Below, one piece after another: positions 24,701 to 31,398 of a stretch of DNA of 32,000 bases (position 1 is the stretch's first letter; the number at the start of each line of letters is the position of its first letter). The position numbers and the translations under genes are program-made. The DNA is from an uncultured Chloroflexia bacterium (lineage in GTDB: Bacteria; Chloroflexota; Anaerolineae; Anaerolineales; Anaerolineaceae): NCBI GenBank assembly GCA_963704755.1, contig OY969938.1, positions 2,430,001-2,462,000 of the forward strand, given 5' to 3'. Under the pieces are notes generated by a model. It did not search any database and had not been told where the DNA came from. It saw nothing but the letters and a program-made list of their open reading frames with translations.

Positions 24701-27372
24701 ATGTTAATTCCACTGGCTGATCTCCCGTTTGCTGGCACAGAAACAGAATCTGCGGTTACCTCGAACCTACCATTAGGAAAATCCGGAACAGATCGATAAT
24801 TTTCTACAGGGATGACCTTTCTAGATACTTGTGACGATTCCCATTCCAACGAAATATTGGCTGCTCCACCGTTTTCGTAATACTCGACAACAATGTCATA
24901 ATATTGCCCTGCTTCCAAATAATAATCAACGGAATCTTCTGTCCGCCCACGGTCATACCATCCATTGATTAAAAGTACTCCGTCAATCCAAAGGCGCGCC
25001 CCATCATCAGAGGATAAATATAACGTATACATTCCGTCGTAGTCAGCTAGAAGTTGTCCGCTCCAGCGAGCCGAGAAATTATCATATGGCAACCCGATCG
25101 CAGGTGATCCATAAGACCAGTCGTGATTAATTTGTTGATCATATCGGATCTGGGCCGCTGGTGGTGTCAAATTTTGATTTGTAAAATATTCTGCTTGAAG
25201 TCCCTCGGTCAAATCAGGGATTGCAAATTCGACAGCTGACGAATCGGGAAGGAAATCTCCCCCAATAAAGGCTCGGATATTCTTATCACCTGCCGAAAAT
25301 GAGGAGATATTGGCAGTTACAACTCCAAACTCGTCTGTCAAGCCCAGGTAGACAAATCTGCCAGGAAATTGTTCATTTCCATCAATAATGTTTCCATACC
25401 CACTTATGGATAAATACACCGGTAACCCGGATATACTCAAGTCGCTTGAATTTGCCGCGCGAATCGTTGTGATGATAGCTTCTTCCCCATCTGCCAACGC
25501 GTGGTCCTCACTAAGTTGGATTTCTGATCCGGACAGATCCTGAGATCCAAATTCATAACTCAATTGTTCCTCGGGTATTACTTCTTGCGGTGTATGTTCG
25601 GAACTCCATTCAAGAATCAGGTCTGCTTCTCCGCTTTCCTGGAAATGTTCCATTACAAGATCATATTTTTGCCCAGCCTGCAAGTCAATTTGACCAGAAT
25701 ACCAGTCTGATCCTACTGACCAATTTTCCACCAACAACTGACCATCCACCCATAGCGCTATGCCGTCATCTGCCAAGACATGGAAGGTATAGGTTTCAGA
25801 AAACTCAGCTTCTACCCTTCCAACCCACCGAACCGAAAAATTATCCGGCTCTATACCGATCGGAAGGTTATCGTAACCTAACCAAAAATCTAAAGCAGGG
25901 TCTATTCGTGTCTCGGCAACCGGATCATTCAAATTGATATTTGGGTAATAATCCCCACGAAGACCATTTGTACTTGTAGGAAGCACAACATTAATAACCG
26001 AAAAAGTGGAAAGGGGGACATCTGCTACCTTTACATGTATTTGTTTTTCTTCAACTAAACTTGAGCTGAACGAAACGACAATTTCTCCGCCAACGTCGCT
26101 GCTTCCTATTGACCGCCATTCCCCATTATTGGCTTCTTCTCCATCTATCCAATCGTCGTTTCCAGAGACATTAAGTGAAACAGGCAAACCGAAAAGTGGG
26201 GTACCTTGCGAATCAGACAATTTAACAGTCAAGTTCACAGCATTTCCCCTACCGGCATAGACCGGCTCGGTTTCTGTTTCAATTGTTGAACCTGAAACAT
26301 CTATTCCATATTTAGAGAGTCGTTCTATTGGGATTGTCTCCAAAGGAGTTGACAATGAACTCCATGACAAATTAATTTGGGCGTCCCCTTCTTCATCAAA
26401 AATTTCTAGGATGACATCAACTTTTTGCCCCGCCTGTAATTCAATCTCTCCACTATTCTCTGTTTCGTATGGAGCACTCCAATTGTCAATAATCAATTCA
26501 TTGTCAACCCATAATCGAACGCCTTCATCAGATGTCGTATAAAATGTATAGACTTCGTCATTCTCCGCTTCAATTTGTCCACTCCACCGCATCGAAAAAT
26601 AATCCGCAGGTACACCATCTTCAGGTGCTGATGTTCCCCAATCGTAATCGACAACTTCACCGTATTTTTTAAGAACAGCAGGCTCTTCTAAAGTGGTGTT
26701 GTCGAAATATTCAGCCTGCAATCCCTGGAGCTGGACCCCCGCGTCGTAGATGACCGTGGCCAGTAGATTTAATTCAGTACCTTCAACTCGCACCCGAATT
26801 TCGTACATACCTGCAAAATCCGACTCTAATACTGCTGTGACACTTCCATCCATATCACTTTCACCAATAGAGGTCCATTCGCCAGAGTTTGTTGAGTTTT
26901 CATTCAGCCGGCCGCCTTCTCCGGTGATTTGCAGGAAGACCTCTAAATCAGGTACTGCCACACCGCTAGAATTCAATAAAGTAACCACAATTGTTGATTC
27001 ATCACCAACCAACAATTGTTCAGGTGCTACGTCGAGCGTAGACAAATCGACGTCAAGCACTTCTTCATTAACACTTGGTCGTCGAAAAGCCGAATACTCA
27101 TTGTCAGGCTTTTCAGGAATTATTGAGGATGTTAAATCTAATCCGTTTGTTTCTAATCTACTTTTGGGGGAGTCAGTAAAAGTAGTGATCTTTGTCCCGT
27201 TTTTGGACGATACATTGGATTGCGCGGACACCGGTAGGATGTTGGAATTCGGTAAACATAAAGTGGACAAAATCAAAGATGAAACGCAAAATACTGCGAT
27301 TAGCTTCCAGAAAAGAGAAAATGTCATTCGGTTGTGTAATTCACGGACGAAAGGTAAATTTTGCTTTGACAT
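18790..27372 (-). CDS. Giant secreted or surface protein: signal peptide, nine (Ig-like + PA14) modules, a tenth Ig-like domain and a C-terminal FG-GAP/integrin-alpha-type beta-propeller
   Basis: 2860 aa with signal peptide ..LILSTLCLPNSNILPVSA/QS.
- PA14 starts (GLQAEYF / GLRGDYY / GLKGTYF types) fall at residues 217, 470, 724, 978, 1229, 1482, 1735, 1989 and 2240, a period of 251-254 aa.
- Each has the RW(S/E/T)G..(Y)TF....DDG.RLW(V/I)(D/N) PA14 core.
- FG-GAP blades run from residue about 2494 (nt 19893 downward) with a period of about 61 aa. Confidence 0.9.
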   Translation of the reverse strand: MSKQNLPFVRELHNRMTFSLFWKLIAVFCVSSLILSTLCLPNSNILPVSAQSNVSSKNGTKITTFTDSPKSRLETNGLDLTSSIIPEKPDNEYSAFRRPSVNEEVLDVDLSTLDVAPEQLLVGDESTIVVTLLNSSGVAVPDLEVFLQITGEGGRLNENSTNSGEWTSIGESDMDGSVTAVLESDFAGMYEIRVRVEGTELNLLATVIYDAGVQLQGLQAEYFDNTTLEEPAVLKKYGEVVDYDWGTSAPEDGVPADYFSMRWSGQIEAENDEVYTFYTTSDEGVRLWVDNELIIDNWSAPYETENSGEIELQAGQKVDVILEIFDEEGDAQINLSWSSLSTPLETIPIERLSKYGIDVSGSTIETETEPVYAGRGNAVNLTVKLSDSQGTPLFGLPVSLNVSGNDDWIDGEEANNGEWRSIGSSDVGGEIVVSFSSSLVEEKQIHVKVADVPLSTFSVINVVLPTSTNGLRGDYYPNINLNDPVAETRIDPALDFWLGYDNLPIGIEPDNFSVRWVGRVEAEFSETYTFHVLADDGIALWVDGQLLVENWSVGSDWYSGQIDLQAGQKYDLVMEHFQESGEADLILEWSSEHTPQEVIPEEQLSYEFGSQDLSGSEIQLSEDHALADGEEAIITTIRAANSSDLSISGLPVYLSISGYGNIIDGNEQFPGRFVYLGLTDEFGVVTANISSFSAGDKNIRAFIGGDFLPDSSAVEFAIPDLTEGLQAEYFTNQNLTPPAAQIRYDQQINHDWSYGSPAIGLPYDNFSARWSGQLLADYDGMYTLYLSSDDGARLWIDGVLLINGWYDRGRTEDSVDYYLEAGQYYDIVVEYYENGGAANISLEWESSQVSRKVIPVENYRSVPDFPNGRFEVTADSVSVPANGRSASGINIHVLNPDGSDVQNEEVFIKVTGSGSRINGTPVGNGEWVSLGLTDSEGNVYASLASTAMDHKLISLKTIVWLDEYILGISFDENNELAGLKGTYFSNPLLQGPASFVQYGQVIDFDWEPGGPIPKSMTDNFSVRWEGNIDPDYSETYTFFTNSNEGVRLWVDGELLIDNWDAHTAEWDSAQIDLEAGVNVDIVLEYYEVDGDAVIQMEWSSPSTERQIIPVDNLGYPQIDLASSTISSEPAQVSIDHDSVITVNLLNSNNVPVAGEDVFFQVNGDDCTLNGIPVYWGDWIYVGTSGYDGTVNAVLQSSEIEQVEVRARVENIELGTTTQVTYIQVVEIQGFLAEYFDDTSLEGPAILKKYGEVIDYDWGTSAPEPGVPEDHFSARWSGQIEAEYDETYTFYAGADEGIRLWVDNQLIIDNWSPPYGTENKGEIALSSGEKVDVTLEIFDETGDAYAYLAWSSSSLPFEIVPLENASTSDPDFGGSTIEFGKGPIFADGESELDLNVRIANSEDVSISGLPVSINVSGSSNWVGDEQIENGQWVLIGTSDDDGLVSTSVKSTTSEEKRVEVKIGESLLPIVGEFFVEFPPSMNGLRADYYLNTSLEPPISFTRIDPVVDFVFGESNLPEGIGPDNYSIRWTGQVTPDYSELYTFYTLTDDGVRLWVDGELLIDNWTVHGPEWDSGEIYLEAGNKYDLVLEYFQQGGGADMHFEWDSERTPREVIPQENLSYGSMDISGTTVQLDPGYAPADGIEAITVTVNVADSNSQPLSGLPVYVSLSGYGNFIDDNELAPQSFVYLGLTDETGAVTTQVSSVEAGVKLMRVKVQDAYFPNETELEFLIPGLTSGLQAEYFTNPNLDPPAAQTRYGEIIDYDWMEGNPINGIPSDQFSIRWSGYIWPSLDGMYTLYLTTDDGARLWVNGELMINSWYGRGPTEDSIQYDFEEGQYYEIVIEYYEDGGGASAKLEWESSQIAREIIPLENLRSIPDDPNGRFEISASPRSLPANGRAESEIGIRVVDEDGAAVQNESVYLKVTGDGSKVSGISVESSDWTYVGQTDSEGVVQTTLASSVADYKLISVETGDYIDRYLLGITFTTNDDISGLKGTFFPNSQLLAPAAFVQYGQVIDYDWGSGGPFLEPITDNFSVRWEGYINPEYDETYTFYTYSDEGVRLWVDDDLLIDNWNPHTANWDSGNVQMSAGHQAKVVLEYYETTGDAVIRLEWSSASQTQEIIPLDSMNSDGISLNSTEPDVSPSYPIAGNNAEIAIQITTTEGLVIAGLPAFLQVYNEGCSIAQTPVDPGNWIYLGETGRDGRINAQFLCTASGVKRYSVRVQNNVLYDHKLIEFLSSADITGLLGEYFNNPSLEGNPVADQFGEIVDHDWGVDAPFESLPVDNFSIRWSGQVSVPVDGLYTFYTEVDGGVRLYINDQLVIDDWVSNGLKNDQGQIELQSGTTVDIRLEYFDDVGDASVRLDWSAPELAREVVPHNLLSFPGVDLEDSTVEYGTARIYSDNATSLPVNIRLRNGFGVPLAGLPVSVQVSGTENLVNELEVEPGAWTELGVSDSEGDITFTVGSSVIEEKTIQITVAGLSLPTTQALQLAWSTESQQIAGYYGWSASIVGDINGDGYDDVVVGSPYYANGQANEGAIFAYYGSQTGLDTNPGLTLEGGVAQARFGWSVSGAGDVNQDGFDDVVVSSLGCSRAEIDEGCVYIYYGSENGLSSTPSLTLEGNQDYAAFGYTAGSAGDINGDQYDDVYISAPNLLDGNSNLGAVYVYLGGSSGLNPTPAWIGFGQEHNSLFGLSVSSAGDVNLDGFGDLIIGAPNSTGTYDQEGTAYVYYGSANGLSETADWSVSGNQAYAHLGEVVSLAGDLNKDGIGDILVGAPDFDGSYVDSGELSVFQGSMEGLAPQPLWVEYGDQAGDQFGRSISALGDFNGDGYIDILIGANGLTSEGGREGKIYIYFGGDSGFSGANCWT
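20656..26724. repeat. Tandem ~3.03-kb super-repeat inside the giant gene, each copy holding four Ig+PA14 modules
   Basis: Modules 1-4 pair with modules 5-8 one to one. For example, ..AVLKKYGEVVDYDWGTSAPEDGVP.. aligns with ..AILKKYGEVIDYDWGTSAPEPGVP.., and ..TRIDPALDFWLGYDNLP.. aligns with ..TRIDPVVDFVFGESNLP... The copy boundary is at residue 1229 (nt 23688). Module 9 resembles type A. Confidence 0.8.
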
Positions 27373-27948
27373 ATTAGTTCCCCGCTCTGTTCTTATTGTT
27401 TGTATGGATTACTTGTTGTGAGCAACCATAAAAGAGTTGGTCATAAAAAACTTACCGGTAAACTTTTACACGTGTCTGCTTGCTTTATCAAAATCATTTC
27501 ACTCTCTTTCCATCAATCCAATAATGACCAGAACCATTCTAAAGGATCACATTTGGCCGCTTTGTGGATTCTTTACAGTAATGTATAGGAAAAAGTGAAG
27601 AAAAAAAGAATCGGAAATAGATTATCGATGCGTTCGAACTAAAGCGATTTCTTTACTACTCGTCGATTTCCCACCTAAAAATTACCAATAAATTACTTTA
27701 CATCGACAGTATATAGTATTTGCAAAATAATACAATAACCTTGCCATATGATTTATGTCACCATTTATATATGACACAAAATTATTGGGTGCCCGATTGA
27801 ATCCCAAGAAAAAATAAAGTGAATTATGAAATATCCGCACTAAAAAATTGGGAGTCGTTGATTTCCCTCGATATAGTCGAGTTGATACATTATCTCCTGG
27901 TGCCTGACAAACTTGATCGAATTTTAAAAACAACAGATGTTCATTCAA

Positions 27949-27977
27949 TTGACAGTGCTACAATAGCATGATGATAT
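27949..27977 (+). promoter_or_regulatory. Candidate sigma-70-type promoter for the Tad-like operon leader
   Basis: TTGACA lies at 27949-27954. An extended -10-like TGCTACAAT lies at 27956-27964, too close to that -35. An alternative -10, TGATAT at 27972-27977, has a 17-nt spacer. Which elements are used is unresolved. Confidence 0.3.
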
Positions 27978-28048
27978 AGCTATGTACCAAATTACGCTTT
28001 GGCTTTCTAGGTCGCCCACAGCCTCAGATTTGCAATACACCTATGAAG

Positions 28049-28095
28049 CGACTACCTGTACATTCAGTACTTGTAGTCGTTTTTTTTGTTTTTTT
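28049..28095 (+). terminator. Intrinsic-terminator-like hairpin plus U-tract immediately upstream of the first Tad-operon RBS; candidate attenuator
   Basis: The stem pairs cgactac..gtac (28049-28061) with gtac..gtagtcg (28067-28079): 7+4 bp with a 2-nt internal mismatch and loop attca. T8-G-T7 follows at 28080-28095, then cAGGAG and TTG at 28108. Confidence 0.6.
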
Positions 28096-28107
28096 CAGGA
28101 GTTTAAC

Positions 28108-29082
28108 TTGAAGTCCAAATTCTTTCCATTATTCCAAAAAGAAAAACGGCTCACCATCCTGATGGCTTCCTATAATCCTGACCAAACGATCCTTGAATTC
28201 CTTTCTCTTCAACCAGATCTAAATATTCGTGAAGCTTTTTCTACTCAAGGGATGATCCAGGGATTACCTCTTTCCGATCTCGTTATTCACGATCACCTGA
28301 TCGAAACTAATAGCATCTCGTGGGAACTTATCAGCCGTACCTTGGAAAAAATTAGGGTTCCCACAATTACCCCTGATGTTTTTCTCGCCAACCCGGAAGA
28401 GTGGTTAAGTAAAGCACGACTGGCAAAGTCCACAAAGATTTCTTTTCTGCCTTCACACCAAATAAGTATATTGAATTGGTCTGGTGGCGTAGGGAAAACC
28501 ACCCTTTCTCTGGCAACATGCAAACGGTTCATTGAGAAAACGGGGTTGCCAGCAGCTCTCCTGGAATTGGGCATGGGTTGTAGTGCCTTGCAAGCCAGAT
28601 TACCAGGCGATCTACCGGAATTCTACAACCTTACCATAGGAAAAGAACCTCCGGGAAAATGGCAAGGTGTGTCAATCTATTCAATGGATATCCGCTCCTT
28701 CGAGGTATTGTGGCGGGAAAACCCGACAAAAGTCCTGGATTTCGTAAATCAAATTAGAAAGAGCCATACTCTTCTGGTGTTTGACTGTTTCCCTGGCCAT
28801 GTCTTGTTTCCTGAAGTAATGAATACAAATTTACCGACCACGAACCTTGTTATTGCTTCTCCCCGCGAAGACACCCTGGCCCAGGCGAAGCGCTTGATGT
28901 CCGAGGTCCCTGAGCCAACCCATCTAGTATTGAATATGGCCAGAAGCCTGGCTGACTCGGCCGGCACAGGCGCATCAGTTACTCTTCCCTATAACGAACG
29001 CTGGGCAACCTCGTTCGATCACCGCCTCGCCGACCCCCTCCTGGAGCTGGTCTACCCGGGCTGGAACAAGAGGAAGCCATGA
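28108..29082 (+). CDS. TadZ/CpaE-like pilus-assembly protein: receiver-like N-domain plus ParA/MinD-like ATPase domain with a deviant Walker A
   Basis: ISILNWSGGVGKTTLSLA lacks the signature Lys of KGGxGKT. LLVFDCFPG is Walker B-like, and KRLTILMASYNPD begins a receiver-like fold. I place the start at TTG 28108, which has AGGAG 6 nt upstream. The track's ATG at 27982 would translate through the terminator hairpin and has no RBS. Confidence 0.6.
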   Translation: MKSKFFPLFQKEKRLTILMASYNPDQTILEFLSLQPDLNIREAFSTQGMIQGLPLSDLVIHDHLIETNSISWELISRTLEKIRVPTITPDVFLANPEEWLSKARLAKSTKISFLPSHQISILNWSGGVGKTTLSLATCKRFIEKTGLPAALLELGMGCSALQARLPGDLPEFYNLTIGKEPPGKWQGVSIYSMDIRSFEVLWRENPTKVLDFVNQIRKSHTLLVFDCFPGHVLFPEVMNTNLPTTNLVIASPREDTLAQAKRLMSEVPEPTHLVLNMARSLADSAGTGASVTLPYNERWATSFDHRLADPLLELVYPGWNKRKP

Positions 29083-29780
29083 ACAGGAGCCTGCAAATTC
29101 TCATTGGTGTTCTTTCGGTTGGACTTGCTTTGGCTGCCGGGATTTATGGTCGGAACCTTTATTTGCAAGAAGTCTCCACCTATAAAGTACCCGTCCCAAT
29201 CCAAACTATTCAACCTTATACCGTACTCTCCGAAGACCAATTCCAGCTTCGTGAGATGCCACGGGCTATGGCTAACTTGCCTTATTTCCAATCCATCTCA
29301 GACATGGAAGGGCTCATTTCTACCACAACCATCCCCGCCGGCCTACCAGTAACCAAAACTAGTGCAGTTCCGGCAGCCCAGTTCCGCCTGGCAGATGCCC
29401 GATATGAGGTGGTTTCGATCCCGGTAGCCCCGGTCTCGGCCGTGGGGGGACAAATCCAAATTGGGCAGCGGGTGAACCTGTATCAGATGGTCGAAGAGCA
29501 ACCTGATAGCGACTTAGTCGCCGGTAGCGAAACAGAATTTGGTGTCGAAGCGATTGCCAGCAGTGTCCTGGTAGTGGATGTGCGCAATTCTCAGGGGGCA
29601 CAGGCCAGACCTGCCAATACCCAGGCTGAAGCCGGTACATTTAGTGGAAGCAACCAGGTCGAGCAGGTCCAAATCTTGACGCTGGCGCTCGAACCTGACC
29701 TGGTCCAAAAAGTGCTGGCTGCTGTAGCGCTATCCGAAAAGCAAGGAGGGTTGTTGTGGACGACGCTGGGCATCCCTTGA
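29079..29780 (+). CDS. cpaB: CpaB/RcpC-like Flp-pilus assembly protein (N-terminal TM plus SAF-like domain)
   Basis: 233 aa. The TM segment is LQILIGVLSVGLALAAGIY, followed by VPVPIQTIQPYTVLSEDQFQLREMP..GLISTTTIPAGLPVTKTS, typical of CpaB. ATGA overlaps the upstream gene. Confidence 0.65.
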   Translation: MNRSLQILIGVLSVGLALAAGIYGRNLYLQEVSTYKVPVPIQTIQPYTVLSEDQFQLREMPRAMANLPYFQSISDMEGLISTTTIPAGLPVTKTSAVPAAQFRLADARYEVVSIPVAPVSAVGGQIQIGQRVNLYQMVEEQPDSDLVAGSETEFGVEAIASSVLVVDVRNSQGAQARPANTQAEAGTFSGSNQVEQVQILTLALEPDLVQKVLAAVALSEKQGGLLWTTLGIP

Positions 29781-31090
29781 GCGAAAGTCATTTCCCGAAA
29801 GTTGTCCCCTTGACCGCTGAGGACCAGGCCTTGATCCAGCGCACGCGTGAAGCCCTGGTCAGCCGGATGATCAAGCCACCTTCCTGGCGAGAGGCGGATC
29901 CCGGGCAGCGCCGGCGTTTCTTCAACGAGGTGCGTTCTATCCTCCTTGAGCAGGGCACTCTCATCCCGGCGATCAACCGCCAGGCGCAGATCGTCACCGA
30001 TGCCCTCTCAGGGATCGGCATCCTGGACCAGCTTTTACGCGACCCGTTCGTGGAGGAAATATTCGTCCGCCAGGGACAGGTAGCGGTCGAATACGATGGT
30101 GTCTTTCATTACCTGGGCAAGCTGGCCGACGACCGCTATTTCGAGGACCTGGCCATCCACGTGGCCGACCAGGGCGGCGCCACCATCCGGGGCGACCGTC
30201 CGGCCGTGTTGGTCGACCTGCCGGGTGGCGAACGGTTTACCGCCATCATTCCACGACTTTCTACCGAAGGGACGGCCATCAACATCCGCACCTTTGGCCG
30301 GCGGATCAAATCCCTCGAACAGATGGAACAGGCAGGAACTTTTGCGAATAGGGAAGCTTCTTTTAGCAGAGCCTGGGACCCGGTTGCCAATCCGGATGTC
30401 CGCGCTCGTATTGGACAACTCAGTGAAGCTCCCGACCGGTTCCTGGCCTGGATGGCTGCCACCCTTTCGGGCAGTCTGCTGATCGCCGGGGAAATGGGCT
30501 CAGGCAAGACCACTCTGCTAAATGCCCTCTCCGGGTTCTTGCCTGATTACGCACCGGTTGCAGCCCTGGAAACCTTTCGGGAGTTGGAAATCCAGCGCCC
30601 ATTCCTGTTGCGCGCTATCGCGCCGGCAGAACTGCCGGCCGGTGCACCCGGCGTTACCCTGGATTGGGTTCTGAACGTGATCTACACCCGTATGAACCCG
30701 GCCGCCATCCTGATCGGTGAAGTGGTGGGGCCGGAAGCGCTGCAATACCTCAAGGCCACCTGCCTGGGGAGGAAAGCACTGACCACGATCCACGGCGGGA
30801 CGGTAGAACAGGCCTTGATGCGTCTGGAACAATTGGCCCTGGCCGCAGCGCCTGAGCTGGGCCTGCTGGCCATCCGCTCGATGGTCGCTTCGGGCGTCGA
30901 CGTGGTTGCCCTGATGGGCCGTGTACGCAAAGGTGAGCGTGTCGAGCGATCTCTCCAGGCCATCGCAATTCTCGAAGGACTCGACGAACGTGGAGAGTAT
31001 TCCCTCAAGTACCTGTATCAAACCCAGGGGGAGAATACCGGCGTAAGGTTGGAAAACGCATTCCGGTCTTTTCAGAAGGAAGCGGCATGA
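29756..31090 (+). CDS. cpaF: CpaF/TadA-type secretion ATPase (VirB11/GspE superfamily)
   Basis: 444 aa. Walker A is LIAGEMGSGKTTLLNAL. ..ILIGEVVGPEA.. (Walker B/Asp box region) and ..LTTIHGG.. (His box) are also present. GTG start with AGGAGG 6 nt upstream. Confidence 0.85.
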   Translation: MDDAGHPLSESHFPKVVPLTAEDQALIQRTREALVSRMIKPPSWREADPGQRRRFFNEVRSILLEQGTLIPAINRQAQIVTDALSGIGILDQLLRDPFVEEIFVRQGQVAVEYDGVFHYLGKLADDRYFEDLAIHVADQGGATIRGDRPAVLVDLPGGERFTAIIPRLSTEGTAINIRTFGRRIKSLEQMEQAGTFANREASFSRAWDPVANPDVRARIGQLSEAPDRFLAWMAATLSGSLLIAGEMGSGKTTLLNALSGFLPDYAPVAALETFRELEIQRPFLLRAIAPAELPAGAPGVTLDWVLNVIYTRMNPAAILIGEVVGPEALQYLKATCLGRKALTTIHGGTVEQALMRLEQLALAAAPELGLLAIRSMVASGVDVVALMGRVRKGERVERSLQAIAILEGLDERGEYSLKYLYQTQGENTGVRLENAFRSFQKEAA

Positions 31091-31398
31091 GATCCATCCC
31101 CTGGAGGCGTTTTTTCAAGCTGGCGGTAATTGCTTTGCTCGTGGCAATTATTGCCAGCTGCCTGGTTTTCGTCTTCATCAAGGTCAACCAGCCCATATTG
31201 GGGTTATTAGCACCACATCCATATCCGGTGCGTGCGTCTTTCGGGGAACTATGTACTGTTTTCACATTTCGCCGGTTTTCTGACACGTCTTTGTCGATCC
31301 AGCTAACCACTTCCAAAAGAAGCCCGGCCCATAATCGGAAATCCAACCCAGGGAATTTTCAACTCCTTTTATTGAGGGGCACATATGAACCGTTTTAG
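31087..31398 (+). CDS. Small hypothetical membrane protein (single N-terminal TM)
   Basis: ATGA overlaps the cpaF stop. RRFFKLAVIALLVAIIASCLVFVFI is a plausible TM segment. The remainder is low-information and overlaps the next gene by 14 nt, so coding status is uncertain. Confidence 0.35.
   Translation: MRSIPWRRFFKLAVIALLVAIIASCLVFVFIKVNQPILGLLAPHPYPVRASFGELCTVFTFRRFSDTSLSIQLTTSKRSPAHNRKSNPGNFQLLLLRGTYEPF

Noticed and set aside
26750-27421. 223-aa + strand ORF overlapping the 5' end of the giant gene, with other + ORFs inside it (25590-25937, 26006-26260 and others)
   Set aside because: These are antisense shadows of the giant ORF. They are Ser/Thr-rich with no motifs, and the giant ORF's signal peptide and domain periodicity account for this DNA.
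27682-27948. 88-aa minus-strand ORF, and the 62-aa + ORF at 27400-27588, in the divergent intergenic region, considered as possible Flp pilins or small regulators
   Set aside because: They lie in very AT-rich sequence, with no RBS, no Flp G/xxxxEY motif, no hydrophobic pilin core and odd composition. They are likely non-coding.
27985-28048. Leader upstream of the Tad operon as a c-di-GMP (GEMM-type) riboswitch
   Set aside because: I cannot find the conserved GEMM-I/II core sequences by eye, such as the GGCAAACC / GGGACGCAAAGCC-type elements. Only the generic attenuator layout is supported.
30035-31021. Several 100-170-aa minus-strand ORFs antisense to cpaF
   Set aside because: High local GC suppresses stop codons. 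The products are Arg/Pro/Gly-rich, and cpaF on the + strand carries clear Walker A, Asp-box and His-box motifs.
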